Below, in pieces: positions 38,887 to 50,200 of a stretch of 62,000 bases of DNA. Below the pieces are notes generated by a model. The model made no database searches. It was given only the letters and a program-made list of their open reading frames with translations, and was not told the DNA's origin. A program made the translations under genes and the position numbers. Each line of letters begins with the position of its first letter. Position 1 is the first letter of the stretch. This DNA is from Vicugna vicugna (lineage: Eukaryota): contig MU058213.1 of NCBI GenBank assembly GCA_013265495.1, forward strand, positions 5,413,149 to 5,475,148, written 5' to 3'.

Positions 38887-41799
38887 TAAGAGGCAGTGAT
38901 CAGAGCAGCTGGCTGCACTCAGCCATGGCACCAAAGACAGGCTTTATTTCCTATCATTCCTATCAGGATACGACAAAGTCATAGTGCCACAAGAGGGGAA
39001 GATGAATACTCCAGCCTGGGAGAGCCCAGAAAAGGAAAAAGTCAGAGGTGGGGAAAAGTTCAAACCACCCTGGATGGCAGCAGAGAAAGTGAGGGCTGTG
39101 CAGGGTCTCCAAGAGAGCCCACCTTCTGCCCCTGGGGCAGCCGGGCAGACAGAGCGAGCAGGGGTGGGGAGAAGCGGGCAGAATGGAGTGGCAAGGGATG
39201 GGAGGCGCTCAGGGCATCAGAGAAGGAGGGAGGGAACAAACCCCACCGCCCAGACACAGGTGCTGCCGCCCGTCTATATAGAAGAATCTCACCTTTCCTC
39301 ACACGTTTATTCAGCGCCCCATTCATACTAGAATTAGCAGGGGAAACAGGTGAGGTGGACATTCTCACTCTCACCAGTACATTAAAGCCTTTTACATTCG
39401 GAGAGATGCTAATTACACAATAACCAAGGGCCTCGGAGCATCCCAGAGTGGTGGAAAACCAGGCTCTGAGCGCAGGCACCCCTGGGTTCCTATCCCGGTT
39501 CCAGTGCTCACAGCTCACGATCCTTAGGCAAGTTAACCTTTCTAAGTCTGTTTTGTCACTTGAGACCCGTCTCTTCCTCATAGGTGGTGAGGACGAAATG
39601 AGGTCCTCCAGGTAAAGTCTCAGAGGACTCCATGAGCCTCACAGCTGTTGGGCAGAGCCACGGCTGGGAGACCAGGGAGACTGGGTGGAGGGGCTGCCTT
39701 TGGATCTGGGGTCTTGAAAGTGAGTAGAATGTGGACGTGCAGAGACGGGCAAGCCAGGGCTTCCCACATGAGAGCAAGAACAAAGCCCTAGTGCAGAACA
39801 ACGGTTTGTGGAGGGAGCCACAAAGCTTTCCACTGGCCTGGCCGTGGGGGATGCAGGGGGGCTGTCTGGAAGGGCAGGCAGGTGTCCTGGGTGTCCTGGG
39901 ATGCCCAGAGCAAGAAACACAGACCCCGTCCTGGAGTCAGCGGGGAGCATAGAAGGTTTGAGCAGGGAAGTGAGTGGGGCAGAGGTGGGAGGTGGGGTGG
40001 GAGGCTGGTGAGGATGCCCGGATGTGAAGACCCCGTGTGGGCCCAGGCCCAACTCCTGGATGCGACAGGTGGGTGCATGCCTTTCAAATAGATCACCTCT
40101 GACAGTTTCTAGCAAAGACCTAGGGTTGAGAAGTAATTCTTAGGACTTTATGTTTTCACTACTGGCTTTAGAGGGGAGAAGACTGGGTGACAAGAGAGGA
40201 GGTAAAGGGCCATGTTAATGATTGGAGAGGCAACATGGTTCAGGAAAACACTGATACGCCTCTTCTAATCATTCACCAAGAAGGTGCGTGCAAGGGAGCC
40301 ACACGGGAAGCACAGCTCTGCAGCCCCGACAAGAGCTGAAGTCCAGACATGCTGTGGCCTTAGACAAACTGAAAAGCGGATTGCTCTCTACATCACCCTC
40401 ACCCCTCTTTAGGGTCCTGTTGTCCCGTTGCACTATTAGCTCCTCCCCTTCTCTCAACCGCCCAGAGCACACAGCCACATCCAGATACACTGTATGCACG
40501 TGCAGGTGGGGGTAGGCGTGTGAATCTCCACCGAGCTGCTCCCCGGCTGTGGGACTCTGGGCAGGCGACTTGTCTTGGTCATTCAAGACCTCTGCAGTAA
40601 ACTGAGAAAAAGGAGAACCCCTCCTGCAGTGGACTTACTGCCAGGGGGCCTTAGTCTCTTTCTCCAGTGGAGAGGGAAGTCTATTAAAAATCCTACAGGC
40701 ACTGGACGAAGGCCCTTGCATGTTCCTGCCCCCAAGGGCTGCTGAGTGTATGCTCAGGGAGCCCATGGGCTCCCCTTTCAGGTTGATCCTAAATACACAG
40801 ATGCTGTTTGCTCATAAAACAAAGATATGGGGATATCTGTGAGAACGTCTGAACTTGTAATAAACTTAGAGTCAGGTAATGGGGTAAAATGTTCCACAGA
40901 CTTGCAGGTGTCCTCAGACCAAACTGTTTTTCTATGAAGAAATCACAGAAAGTGTTGACACCGGTAGAGCAATTCCAAAATGAAATCTGGTTCCATTCAT
41001 TTTTTTTCTGCTGGTTTTAAAGCAAACAGATTTATATAATATTACTTCCCCCTTGAATCTGACAACCATCTAGTAAGAACGCTGTTATTGCCACTGGTAA
41101 GTCTCCACGAATATCAAGCCACCTACGTCTGTATGACATACAAATGGACCCTCTCGTGCTTTCTCACTGGGAAAACCATGCTCAGGACAACTTTCACGCT
41201 CACTAACTCAAATTCTGATTAGGGTTTTGGGCTAGAGTTGAAGTTTCTAACGTCATATTAAACAGGCTATTCTGGAATGAACGCACCTGGTGTAAGACTA
41301 TGCACCTCACGTTTGTCCACGTGAAACTCTGGAGAGTGTTCAAGTGCATTAGAGGCACCATTTACACAGAATATATTCTTACCCGTTTGAGCTCTAGTGT
41401 GCTTTACCTGCAGCATTTTCTTAGCTCAGGTGAAGTTTCTTATAAAAAAGTGAAAATAATAAAACTATGCTTTAAAACACCTCTGAGTAATTCAAGCTGG
41501 ACTTGCTCCTGTTTTGTCTGAACATGTCAGGTTTTACCTGCTGGCATTAAGAATAACTTTGAAGGCAACCTTGCAGTTATTTTCAAACTGTTCAGGTCTC
41601 CCCCGTCATCACAGTTACCTCATGAAGTGGTGTAAACGTAAGAGGCTAACGATCAGACTTCTTCCTCGCTGAGAACTGAAGTAGACTCATGAACTCAAGC
41701 AGAAAGCGATTATAGTGGATGCACACTCGAGAGCTTGAAGAATCAACAGAAATACGTGTAAGAAAACCAACAGCAGGGAAAAATGAAAAACTAGCTTAA

Positions 41800-44500
41800 A
41801 ACTAAAAGAAAACTTGATTTGAGGAGTTAGAAATAATTCAAGGACCAGAGAGTATCAAGACACAAGCAACCAACAAAGTTACCCACAACACAAGACAAGA
41901 CCACCTAAAATCAAAAGCGAAATATGAAAATGTACTATATTTATTATATATACAGTATAGTGCCAATATATAAATTATATATATGTATACAAACTCAGGG
42001 TTTGTTTTATATTATTGTTATTACATATGTACATAAAAGTTATGCTACCCTTTAGCAAGAATCAAAAAACAAGGCTTGAAATGATAAAAAAAGATTAAAA
42101 ACTTAACAGCAGGGCTAAAGATAAAATATAAGTCTTTTATAGTAAGCAGCCAAAACACAGATAGATAAGAAATATGTTAGGTAACATGAGACATGGAAAG
42201 AATATCTATCATTCTAGGAGGCCTATTATCCAATTAACAGGTGTTACAAAAAAAAGTGAAGAAACGGAGAGAAGGAATTTATTAAAAAATAATAGAAAAA
42301 TTCACCCAAAATGAAAATTTTAAGTCATCAGACAATGACTTTTGCCCAGTACAATAAAATTTCTGGTCCATCAACAGATGACTGGATAAAGGTGTGATAT
42401 AATTATGCAATGGAATACTATTCAGCCATATAAACCGACAACATAACGCCATTTGCAGCAACATGGATGTCCCTGGAGAATGTCACTGTAAGTGAAGTAA
42501 GCCAGAAAGAGAAAGAAAAATACCATATGAGATCGCTGAAATGTGGAATCTAAAAAACAAACAAACAAAACAAAAACATAAATATAAAACAGAAACAGAC
42601 TCATAGACATAGAATACAAACTTGTGGTTGCCAAGGGGCAGGGGATGGGAAGGGACAGACCGGGATTCCAAAATGTAGAATAGATAAACAAGATTATACT
42701 GTATAGCATAGGGAAAGATATACAAGATCTTGTGGTAGCTCACAGTGAAAAAAAAATGTGACAATGAATATATGTATGTTCATGTATAACTAAAAAACTG
42801 TGCTCTACACTGGAATTTGACACAACACTGTATAATGCCTATAACTCAATAAAAAGGTGTAAAAAATTTCTTTAAAAATAAAGTTAATATTCAAATCAAA
42901 AAAAAAATTTCTGAAAGATCCCCAACTAGACATACAAGACCAAGACCAGGAATAAAGAAATGCAAAGAGCCCCCATGGTGCTGGGTAGGGGGGCAGAGTA
43001 ACTTCCTACAAAAGACAAGAAACATTCTGACACTGCACTCCTCACAAGCAATACTGGATGTCAGAAAAGCTGGGGGGGAGTGAATTTTGAAGATAGAATT
43101 GTATACCCAGTCACGCTGTCAACCAAATATGATCCATCTGAATAATTTTTAGACAAACAAAGCCTCAAAAAACTGCGTCCTCCTTTCTTAAGAAGTTCCT
43201 TAGGGACGTACTCCAGAGAGAGAAGGATGCCGGGTGCAGGAAACAGGAAACCTACGAAGGTTGTATGGAGAAATCTCAGGACAGCTGTTCAGAAGAGCGA
43301 GAGGTCCTAACTCAGGTCCGGGAGCCAGGACAGGACAAAGACAGGCGCTCTGCAAGAATGGCTACATCTGAAAGGGTTACCAGACTTGGGGCTCTGGGAA
43401 AGGCACACTCTTCTCTTTGCCAGAAAGGAAAGATGAAAGAGAGGGAGGGAGGAAGATTTGAAAAAGAAAGATAAAAGATGAGAAACAGCAAGAAGACCAG
43501 AGGCTATACAAGAAGGTCGTGATCCAGACACAAAGCAAATGAAAAGTGACACAGTTTTAAATAACCACTTGTCTGAAAGGAAAGAAAAACCATTGACCTT
43601 GATGCTGCAGCGTCTGTTCCCTCTCACGTAGCCCATAGATCCTGACACCGGCCCGTGGAGCAGTGCACAGAGCCCCAGGATACTGCCCCTCCCTGCAGTG
43701 GGCAATACTTAGGTAACCATAATAATGCAAATGCCTTTTCTGCGCGTTACAACTTTTAAAATCAAACCATAGAGAAAGCAGGGAAGCCTTTATTACAGTT
43801 GCAGAACTGAATGCAAATCTTATGAATGTTAGTAACGTAGAAGGAAAGTGTGGCTGGCAGAAGGGGCTCTAGGTCAGTTCAGTGAGTTAGTCGGCATCTC
43901 CATGCGAACGGAAGTGCCGAGGAGGAATCCAAAGCAATCACGTCACTACAAAACACCAAAATCCTAAATTTGGTAAATTCATCACATTTGCTATTCATCA
44001 CATCGCATTTTAGAGAACTGGGCTACTTCTTAAAGGAGGTAAGCGATTAAAGAGAAAAGAGTGATACCTGAAGGGCAGAAGATACCGACTGAAGGTGAAA
44101 GAGCAAAAATGAGAGGTTTTAAAATTACAGGTATTGAAAGTTTGAAATATCAGCATTAGAGGAATTTTTAGAAAATAATATAACCATCCAACATCCGGAG
44201 GGGAAGAGGGAGGGGAAGTACCAGGCCCTGGGCCCTAAGTCCTCATCTGTCATAACAGGGAGTCGGCAGCATGTTCTAAAGGCGAGGAAATGAGGCAAGG
44301 GTGATATAAGCTTATTATTTTGAATTACAGAATAAACCACAGAAGAGTGAAAAAGAGTGACAGCCAATGAAGTTTGCCTCCAGAGGATGAGGTGAGGGCT
44401 TGGGCAAGGCAGGCCAGGAGATGGAGCTTTTCAGTGTAAGACTGCTCTTGCAATTCTTCCTTTATATCCAGTGCATCAGCTGTGTCAGAAATACTTTCAG
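41800..44500 (+). mobile_element. Ancient L1M fragments (ORF1 region onward) hosting a younger L1
   Basis: ORF1-like GAATTTTGAAGATAGAATTGTATACCCAG (about 43082) and CAGCAATACTGGATG-type motifs; very degraded, boundaries approximate. Confidence 0.55.
42366..42903 (+). mobile_element. Young 5'-truncated L1 with at least 10-bp TSD
   Basis: Colinear with 38390-38880 (GTCCATCAACAGATGACTGGATAAAG...). AAAATTTCTG at 42356-42365 and 42904-42913. Confidence 0.92.
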
Positions 44501-44599
44501 ATGTCTACGTACGTGTATGTGTTTTCCTTACAGGCAAGGATCATACCTTAGCCATCTTTGTTTTCCTAGGTCTACCCTATTAGTTGGCTCGATAACCAT

Positions 44600-44850
44600 A
44601 AAATAACAACAGTAAAATCATCAATTTGCTGAGCGCCCACCCTCCCCCAAACACATGCAAGTACCTCACCTAAATATGGTTATTCCTGACATAACCCTGC
44701 GAGGTAAATATTCTATCTTTCCAATAAGGAAATGGATGTAAAGGAGTTGAAAAAAATAAATTCTCCAAGGATACACAGCTGGTTAATGGCAGAGTTTGAA
44801 CCTAGGTTCTGAAAACCAGCAGGATTCGAACCTAGCCTGACTGCCTCTAC
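44600..44850 (-). mobile_element. MIR
   Basis: TTTGCTGAGCGCC...AACCCTGCGAGGTAAATATT...CCAAGGATACACAGCTGGTTAATGGCAGAG. Confidence 0.65.
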
Positions 44851-45679
44851 AACGTTTTTTTTTTTTTAAACGAAAGCAACATTTGAAGGAATTATTGTGA
44901 AAGAATAACTGTGAATAAATGGATGCCTACAAAACTTAAAATGAATGTCAGTTACATTGTTCCATGTCTCAAAAAGTACCATTCTATCTTGCTACAAGCA
45001 TCACCATCTAGATCCAAAAAGCTTCAGATTCATAAACATCCTGTGCCTGAAATAACTTGAAGAGTCTATTATGTGAAGCAACAAATAAGGTCTGGTGGAA
45101 GCCAGAGGGAAAATTTAGATTCTCAAAAGTAAGAGGACACATTTTGTCCAGCAATAGAACAAATGGAAATAATCCAGGCTGAAGAAACACTGGGTAGGAA
45201 ATACATATTGAATCAACCTCAACATTTTCAGCCCTCTGGACTTAAAATATTATTTTCATGCAAATTTTAATGGCTTAGGGATTAGGGCTTAATGCAAAAT
45301 TAGTTTGCCTAAATGGCTGTGTCTCTGAGCCCAAAGAAGGTCACACAGATGCAAGAGCATGCCCTGCCTCCGGAGCACAGCACGGGTCCCCACGCCTTTT
45401 GGATCACTTACTCTATCCACGAAAAGGTGGCGTCCGCTCCTCTCCCTTGCATGTTATAACTGAATAAAGATGTGCGTTACGGCACATATACAGATACAGA
45501 GAACTTAAGGGAATGAAATAAACAGCACGTTAACAGAAGTTCTACTTTTTCTTCTCACCCTCTTGTACAAGCCCAGCTACATCCAACTTGGGAGAACACC
45601 GGTCTATGTGGGTTACAACGCACTGAGCAAGTAGCCATGGAGAAAAGGTTGTGTATAAAATAAAACAAAAATATTATCA

Positions 45680-45885
45680 TTTGAGCCAGCATTTATTAAG
45701 CACTTATCTGTGCCAGGTACTGTTCTAAGCAGTCTTGTGTGCTTTAACTCATTTAATTCTTATAATTACTCTATGGGCAGGTTGCATTATTAACTCCCAT
45801 TTTATAAAAAACATGATTGATGCACTGAAAGATGAAGTATCTTTCCTGAGGTCACACAGCTGGTAAGTGCTGGATCCAGGCTGCC
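45680..45885 (-). mobile_element. MIR
   Basis: AGCATTTATTAAGCACTTATCTGTGCCAGGTACTGTTCTAAGC...GAGGTCACACAGCTGGTAAGTG. Confidence 0.85.
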
Positions 45886-45890
45886 TTTTT

Positions 45891-45933
45891 TGTGTGTGTG
45901 TGTGTTTTGTTTTGTTTTGTTTTGTTTTGTTTT
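45891..45933. repeat. (TG)n(TTTTG)n simple repeat
   Basis: Read directly. Confidence 0.9.
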
Positions 45934-45939
45934 ATTTTT

Positions 45940-46450
45940 CTCCCCACCTACACATATATACTCCCCTACCCTCAAAAATCCCTCTTCAGTGTGGCATATT
46001 TGGTACAATCGATGAACAAACATGGACATATTATTACCAACCAAAGTCCACAGTTTACATCACTCTTGATGCTGTACATTCTATGGGCTTTGACAAATGA
46101 ATAATGACATATAGCCACCACTGTAGTATCATGCAGAATAATTTCATTGCCCTAAAAATCCCATGTGCTCTGTCTATTCATTCCTTCCTCCCTCTCCCCA
46201 CAGGCTGCCTTTTTAAAAAAATAAACCTTTTGTTTCAGAATAAGGTTTAATTTACAGGAAAGTTGCAAGGATAGTACAGAGTTCTCATAGATCATCACAC
46301 AGCTTCCTTCAGGGCTAAATCAAATGTACCAGGGTACATTTGGCAAAACTAAGAAAACAACATTTGTACATTAACTAAATTCTAGGTCTTATTTGGATTT
46401 TACTAGTTTTCCCACAAATGCCCTCTTTCTGTTCCAGGATCTAATCCAGG
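45940..46450 (-). mobile_element. Antisense L1MC/MD-type 3' UTR fragments (two pieces)
   Basis: ATTTGGTACAATCGATGAAC...GTACATTCTATGGGCTTTGACAAATG...TTCATTGCCCTAAAAATCC, then TTTACAGGAAAGTTGCAAGGATAGTACAGAG. Confidence 0.75.
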
Positions 46451-46539
46451 GATACTATCCAGAAGCGGTACCCCTTCTGATACTGTGCATCCGTCACAGT
46501 AGGATGTGGAGACAGATACAGATATTGTGCCTGCACTTG

Positions 46540-46790
46540 CAGGCGACTGTCTTCTCCCTGATTCTGCACATCATCTTTCCTCTACACATGTCTTTCTCTG
46601 TGTCCACATTTCCCCCTTTTATAAAGACACAGTCGTATCGGATTAGAGCCTGACTAACGACCTCATCTTAACTCTATCGTCTACAAAGATTCTATTTCCC
46701 AAAAAAGGTCACATTAACAGGTACTGAGGGTGAGGACTCTGCATTTTGGCAGCCGGTGGTGGGCGGGGATGTCACAATTCAATCCATAAC
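46540..46790 (-). mobile_element. MLT1A-like LTR fragment
   Basis: TTTCCCCCTTTTATAAAGACACAGTCGTATCGGATTAG...GGTCACATTAACAGGTACTG...CACAATTCAATCCATAAC. Confidence 0.75.
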
Positions 46791-47095
46791 CAGGCACATC
46801 TGAAATCAAGAGGGCAGGCCAGGAAGGGCAGGCTAGAGATTCAGGCAAGCCTGAGCTGCTGTCTACAGGCAGAATTCCTTCTACTTCAGGGAATCCTCAG
46901 CTCTGCTCTTAAGGCTTCCCATCTGATTCAGTCAAGTTCACCCAGATTATCTAGGATAATCTTCCTTATTTAGAGTAAACTGACTATGGACTGTAATCAC
47001 ATCTACAGAACACATTCACAACCACGTCTAGATTAGTGTTTGAGTAACAAGTGACTACAGCCCAGCCTCACTGACACATAAAACTGACCATCACA
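46791..47095 (-). mobile_element. MLT2-like ERVL LTR fragment
   Basis: GGCAGAATTCCTTCTACTTCAGGGAA...TAATCACATCTACAG...CTAGATTAGTGTTTG...TGACACATAAAACTGACCATCACA. Confidence 0.8.
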
Positions 47096-47741
47096 TATAA
47101 TAATTTAGATTCATTTGCCAGAGTCGGCTTTCCACAGGATGCTTTTCGAGGCCCTTTTGAAAATCCAAACCAACCCCAGAAAGTGCTGTAACCACGAGCA
47201 TCACTAGGAAACCTTATGCATGTACTCACTGATGCCAGACATGCTCCCCATGCATTATCTCATTTAATCCTAGCAAGAGCCCCATGAGATAAGGGTGCCA
47301 GCCCCACCTGACAGACAAGGAAAGAAAGAGACTGGTGGTGGCAGAAGCAGGATTGGAACTGAGGCAGGTGTGTCTGGCTCCAAATCTTTGGGGCCCAAAA
47401 CCTTCACCACGATGCTGCAATGCCTCCCTGACCCCAACTGAGTCTTCTCAAGCATACACAAGAAAAACTCCAGGGGGCAGTTTTAAGCATTTAAAAGTCG
47501 TATGATTTTCACTTATCCAAAATAATTTCATTTTTAACATCAGCGCATCAGGTTTTTTTTTCATGAGGACAAAGTTCCCTTTGTCACTTTTTCCAATTCT
47601 TTTTATTCTGATAAAATACACATAAGTTTTGATTCCTTAACCATCTTTAAGTGTACAGTTCTCCCTCTGTCTTTTGCAGTTAAACAGGTCTTCTGCAAAG
47701 CCCAGACACGCCTCTAAAGGTGGCTGGATTACTACTAAGGC

Positions 47742-48435
47742 TGTGATGACACCTTCCCTGGCTAAGAGCAGAAAGGAAAAACCTGGAATAAGAAATGTTC
47801 ATAGACCAAGGGCAGTGGGCTTGGCAAGGTGAGTGGAGTGGGCAGGTGAGACGGGAGGTGGGGGAGGGCACAACCAGTGAAGGAATGACACCGCAAGGGA
47901 GGGCAGGACAGACTGGTTACAGCCAGGATGGCGGAAGATTTGACTTCCAGTAGACCTTGAGCCTCAAGGCACACCCACGGGCACCACGACAGTTCTAGGC
48001 TGCTTGTAAAAGTCAAAAAGTAGGTGGGGGTCGGGGGCATCCAATTCCCTGGAAATTGTTGCTCCTTCCCCAAACTAACTGGAATAATCTTTCTACTCAT
48101 TAGCATGTGAACCGAACCCATGAAAACTAAAACTTTGCACCTCCTGGTCTCTCTCTTTTCTGAGACAACCCGCACTTTGTCTATGGAGTGTGTGTCTACT
48201 TTTACTTTGAACTAAACACCCCAACACATTTCGGCCTCTCTCCCTCTTGCCTTCTGAGACAGCCTCCATTCTGCCTATGAAGTGTGTGTCTCTGAAGCTG
48301 TTTTCCCTTCTGAATGAGACAGACCCCACTCTGTCTATGGAGTGTGTATCTCCCTGAATAAACTTGCTTTCACTTCGCTATGCCTTGCTCTTGAATTCAT
48401 TCCTGCACGAGACAAGAACCTATTCTCCAGCAACA
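47742..48435 (+). mobile_element. MER41-like ERV1 solo LTR
   Basis: 3' end AATAAACTTGCTTTCACT...TTGAATTCATTCCTGCACGAGACAAGAACC...CAACA is MER41-like; three internal ~37-bp repeats. 5' TG placed at 47742 tentatively. Confidence 0.75.
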
Positions 48436-49429
48436 CAAGGTCCCCAGGGTTGTGCCTGCACTGATGGCATGTTTGGATGGCAGCTCTTAGCTGGGTGGCA
48501 GAGGTCATGAATGCAACAGGGCCTGTGCAAACCTCTACAACGTTTCATCGAGGGACAGTGTACTGTACAACTTTCCTTCCTGTCTTCCCAATCTTTAAAT
48601 TACTGTCAAGTCCTCAAGTGAGGATCGTGATAATAAACCAAAAGAGAGCAGAAACCATCTTGGGTTGCGTGTGGATTACCAGAATGGCAGTTATGGGAAA
48701 GCAGTCCCCTCCACCCTACCCTCTGCAGGCAACGAAGAACTTACAGTCCTGAAACTTTATCATTAACCACCTGGTGACCCCCCAGCAATGTCCAAGATCC
48801 AGGTGAGGTCACATTTTCTATCTTTCACTACTTTAGACATGTTTTAACAGAAAGGGTTACAAGATGGTGTCCTTAAAATCACTGCAGAGACAGGAGGACA
48901 GAGTCGTGGGACAGTGGAAGGAGCCTCCTTGGATGAGGGGCCCCCATTCATCCGCTCTCACCTGCTCACCTGCAGCCAGCTCACTTGCAGCTCTGCTCTG
49001 CAGATAAGCGCGTCAAAACCGGGTCAGACTTTCAAGATGGAACGAGGAATTCCACAACCCTGGCAATCTGTCCAGTCTCCTCCACGTGGCCCACACAACC
49101 TACCCCACCACACAGAGGAGATCTAATGCCTTGCCCTCCTCGGGGTCCACAATTACTGCTCAAATGCCACTGGGAACAACAGTGACCCAAAGCAACCCCA
49201 GACACCCGTGGGCATCTTCAGGAAATTCTCTCCAGCTTTCCAGTCAGAATGTGAGACCCATCTGAGATGAGGACTAGATGTCTCTCTCTTCTGCTACAGG
49301 AGCTCCCCTGGAGTCAAGGGTGTTACAATGTGAGGCTAATTACTGTAGCCTTTTAATATTCTCTTCTCCGAAGCCCTCCCGGGAAGGCTAAAATAAAACA
49401 CTGCATGGTAATAGGTGAAATGAACGGCG

Positions 49430-49610
49430 GACTGGGAACCTTCAGTAGCTGCGCGACCTTGGACAAAGCAGTTGACCCGGACTTGTGATCTCATTAACAC
49501 AAAAGAGAGAGAGGGAAAAGGCCCCTTCCTCTCGCGTGCCAGGGTGCGGAGGCTCCGGCCGGAGCCGCGCCGTCAGCACACCCGAGGCGGCGGCGCGCCT
49601 GTGGGGGAGG
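49430..49610 (+). mobile_element. GC/CpG-enriched MIR remnant
   Basis: AGTAGCTGCGCGACCTTGGACAAAGCAGTTGACC aligns to MIR ACTAGCTGTGTGACCTTGGGCAAGTTACTTAACC; the downstream part is very GC-rich. Confidence 0.5.
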
Positions 49611-50200
49611 CAGCGCCTGGCAGTTCTCCCCGACACACGCCCCGCAAGTTCCGTTCAGCTGACAGCCTCAATTTTATTTGCCCAATGACTTCTGTTTTGC
49701 TTTCGTTGTGAACTATATCCTATGCACAGAAGGGTGCAAAAAGCTTATGTACAGTTTAGAAACTAACAACAACATGAACACCTGTGTATTTGTCACCGGC
49801 AAAGCCCATGAACAATTCCCAGGAAATAAAAATAGAGTCTGGGTAAGAAAATAAAAGCTAACCTTTTTTTCCTTTCCTTTGTGCTTAGCCTAGTTTCACT
49901 TGCTCAAAGGGTGTCGCCTGCAGAGGCCTTGCTCGCAACATTTCAGTCCAGTTCCTGGTACGAACTGGCTGCTGGGGGCCGCTCCGCGGAGGACCGAGGG
50001 CAGAAGCCCTGGGCGCCGCACGACAGTCCAAGATGGCGGGGCCGGCCGTGTGCAGCCGCGGCCCGGGCACTGCCGTCTGGGGCGTGAGCCGCGTGCCTGC
50101 GCCTGCGCCTGCGCCGCGAGACCCCCGCCCCTCCCCACGGACGCAGGCCCCGTGAGGCAGCCCCGCCCACAGCCTGTCCAGGAAAGCGTGGACTCTAGGG
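49530..50200. promoter_or_regulatory. Bipartite CpG island, candidate promoter
   Basis: About 29 CpGs by hand count in 49961-50190, plus a CpG-dense patch at 49530-49655. YY1 CAAGATGGCGG (50029-50039), NRF1-like TGCGCCTGCGCCTGCGC (50098-50114), GC boxes (50123-50131, 50161-50168). Confidence 0.65.
49670..49790 (-). mobile_element. Extreme 3' end of an antisense L1ME-type element, split by an LTR
   Basis: TGTGAACTATATCCTATGCACAGAAGGGTGCAAAAAGCTTATGTACAGTTTA...TGAACACCTGTGTA; continues at 50330 (CACCACTCAGG...). Confidence 0.7.

Noticed and set aside
38896..39581. Overlapping 173-175 aa ORFs on both strands
   Set aside because: No recognisable domain, they run into MIR-derived sequence, and the overlap pattern is typical of chance ORFs.
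41408..41438. Possible 31-nt minus-strand micro-exon (TATAAG|...CAG|GTAAAG)
   Set aside because: Non-preferred AAG acceptor, no recognisable peptide and no supporting neighbouring exons.
48161..48351. Three ~37-bp repeats with spacers, superficially CRISPR-like
   Set aside because: Degenerate, unevenly spaced and internal to a retroviral LTR.
50033..50155. ATG in good context (AAGATGG) giving MAGPAVCSRG... (40 aa)
   Set aside because: The ATG is part of the YY1 motif inside an LTR; the peptide is short and unrecognisable.
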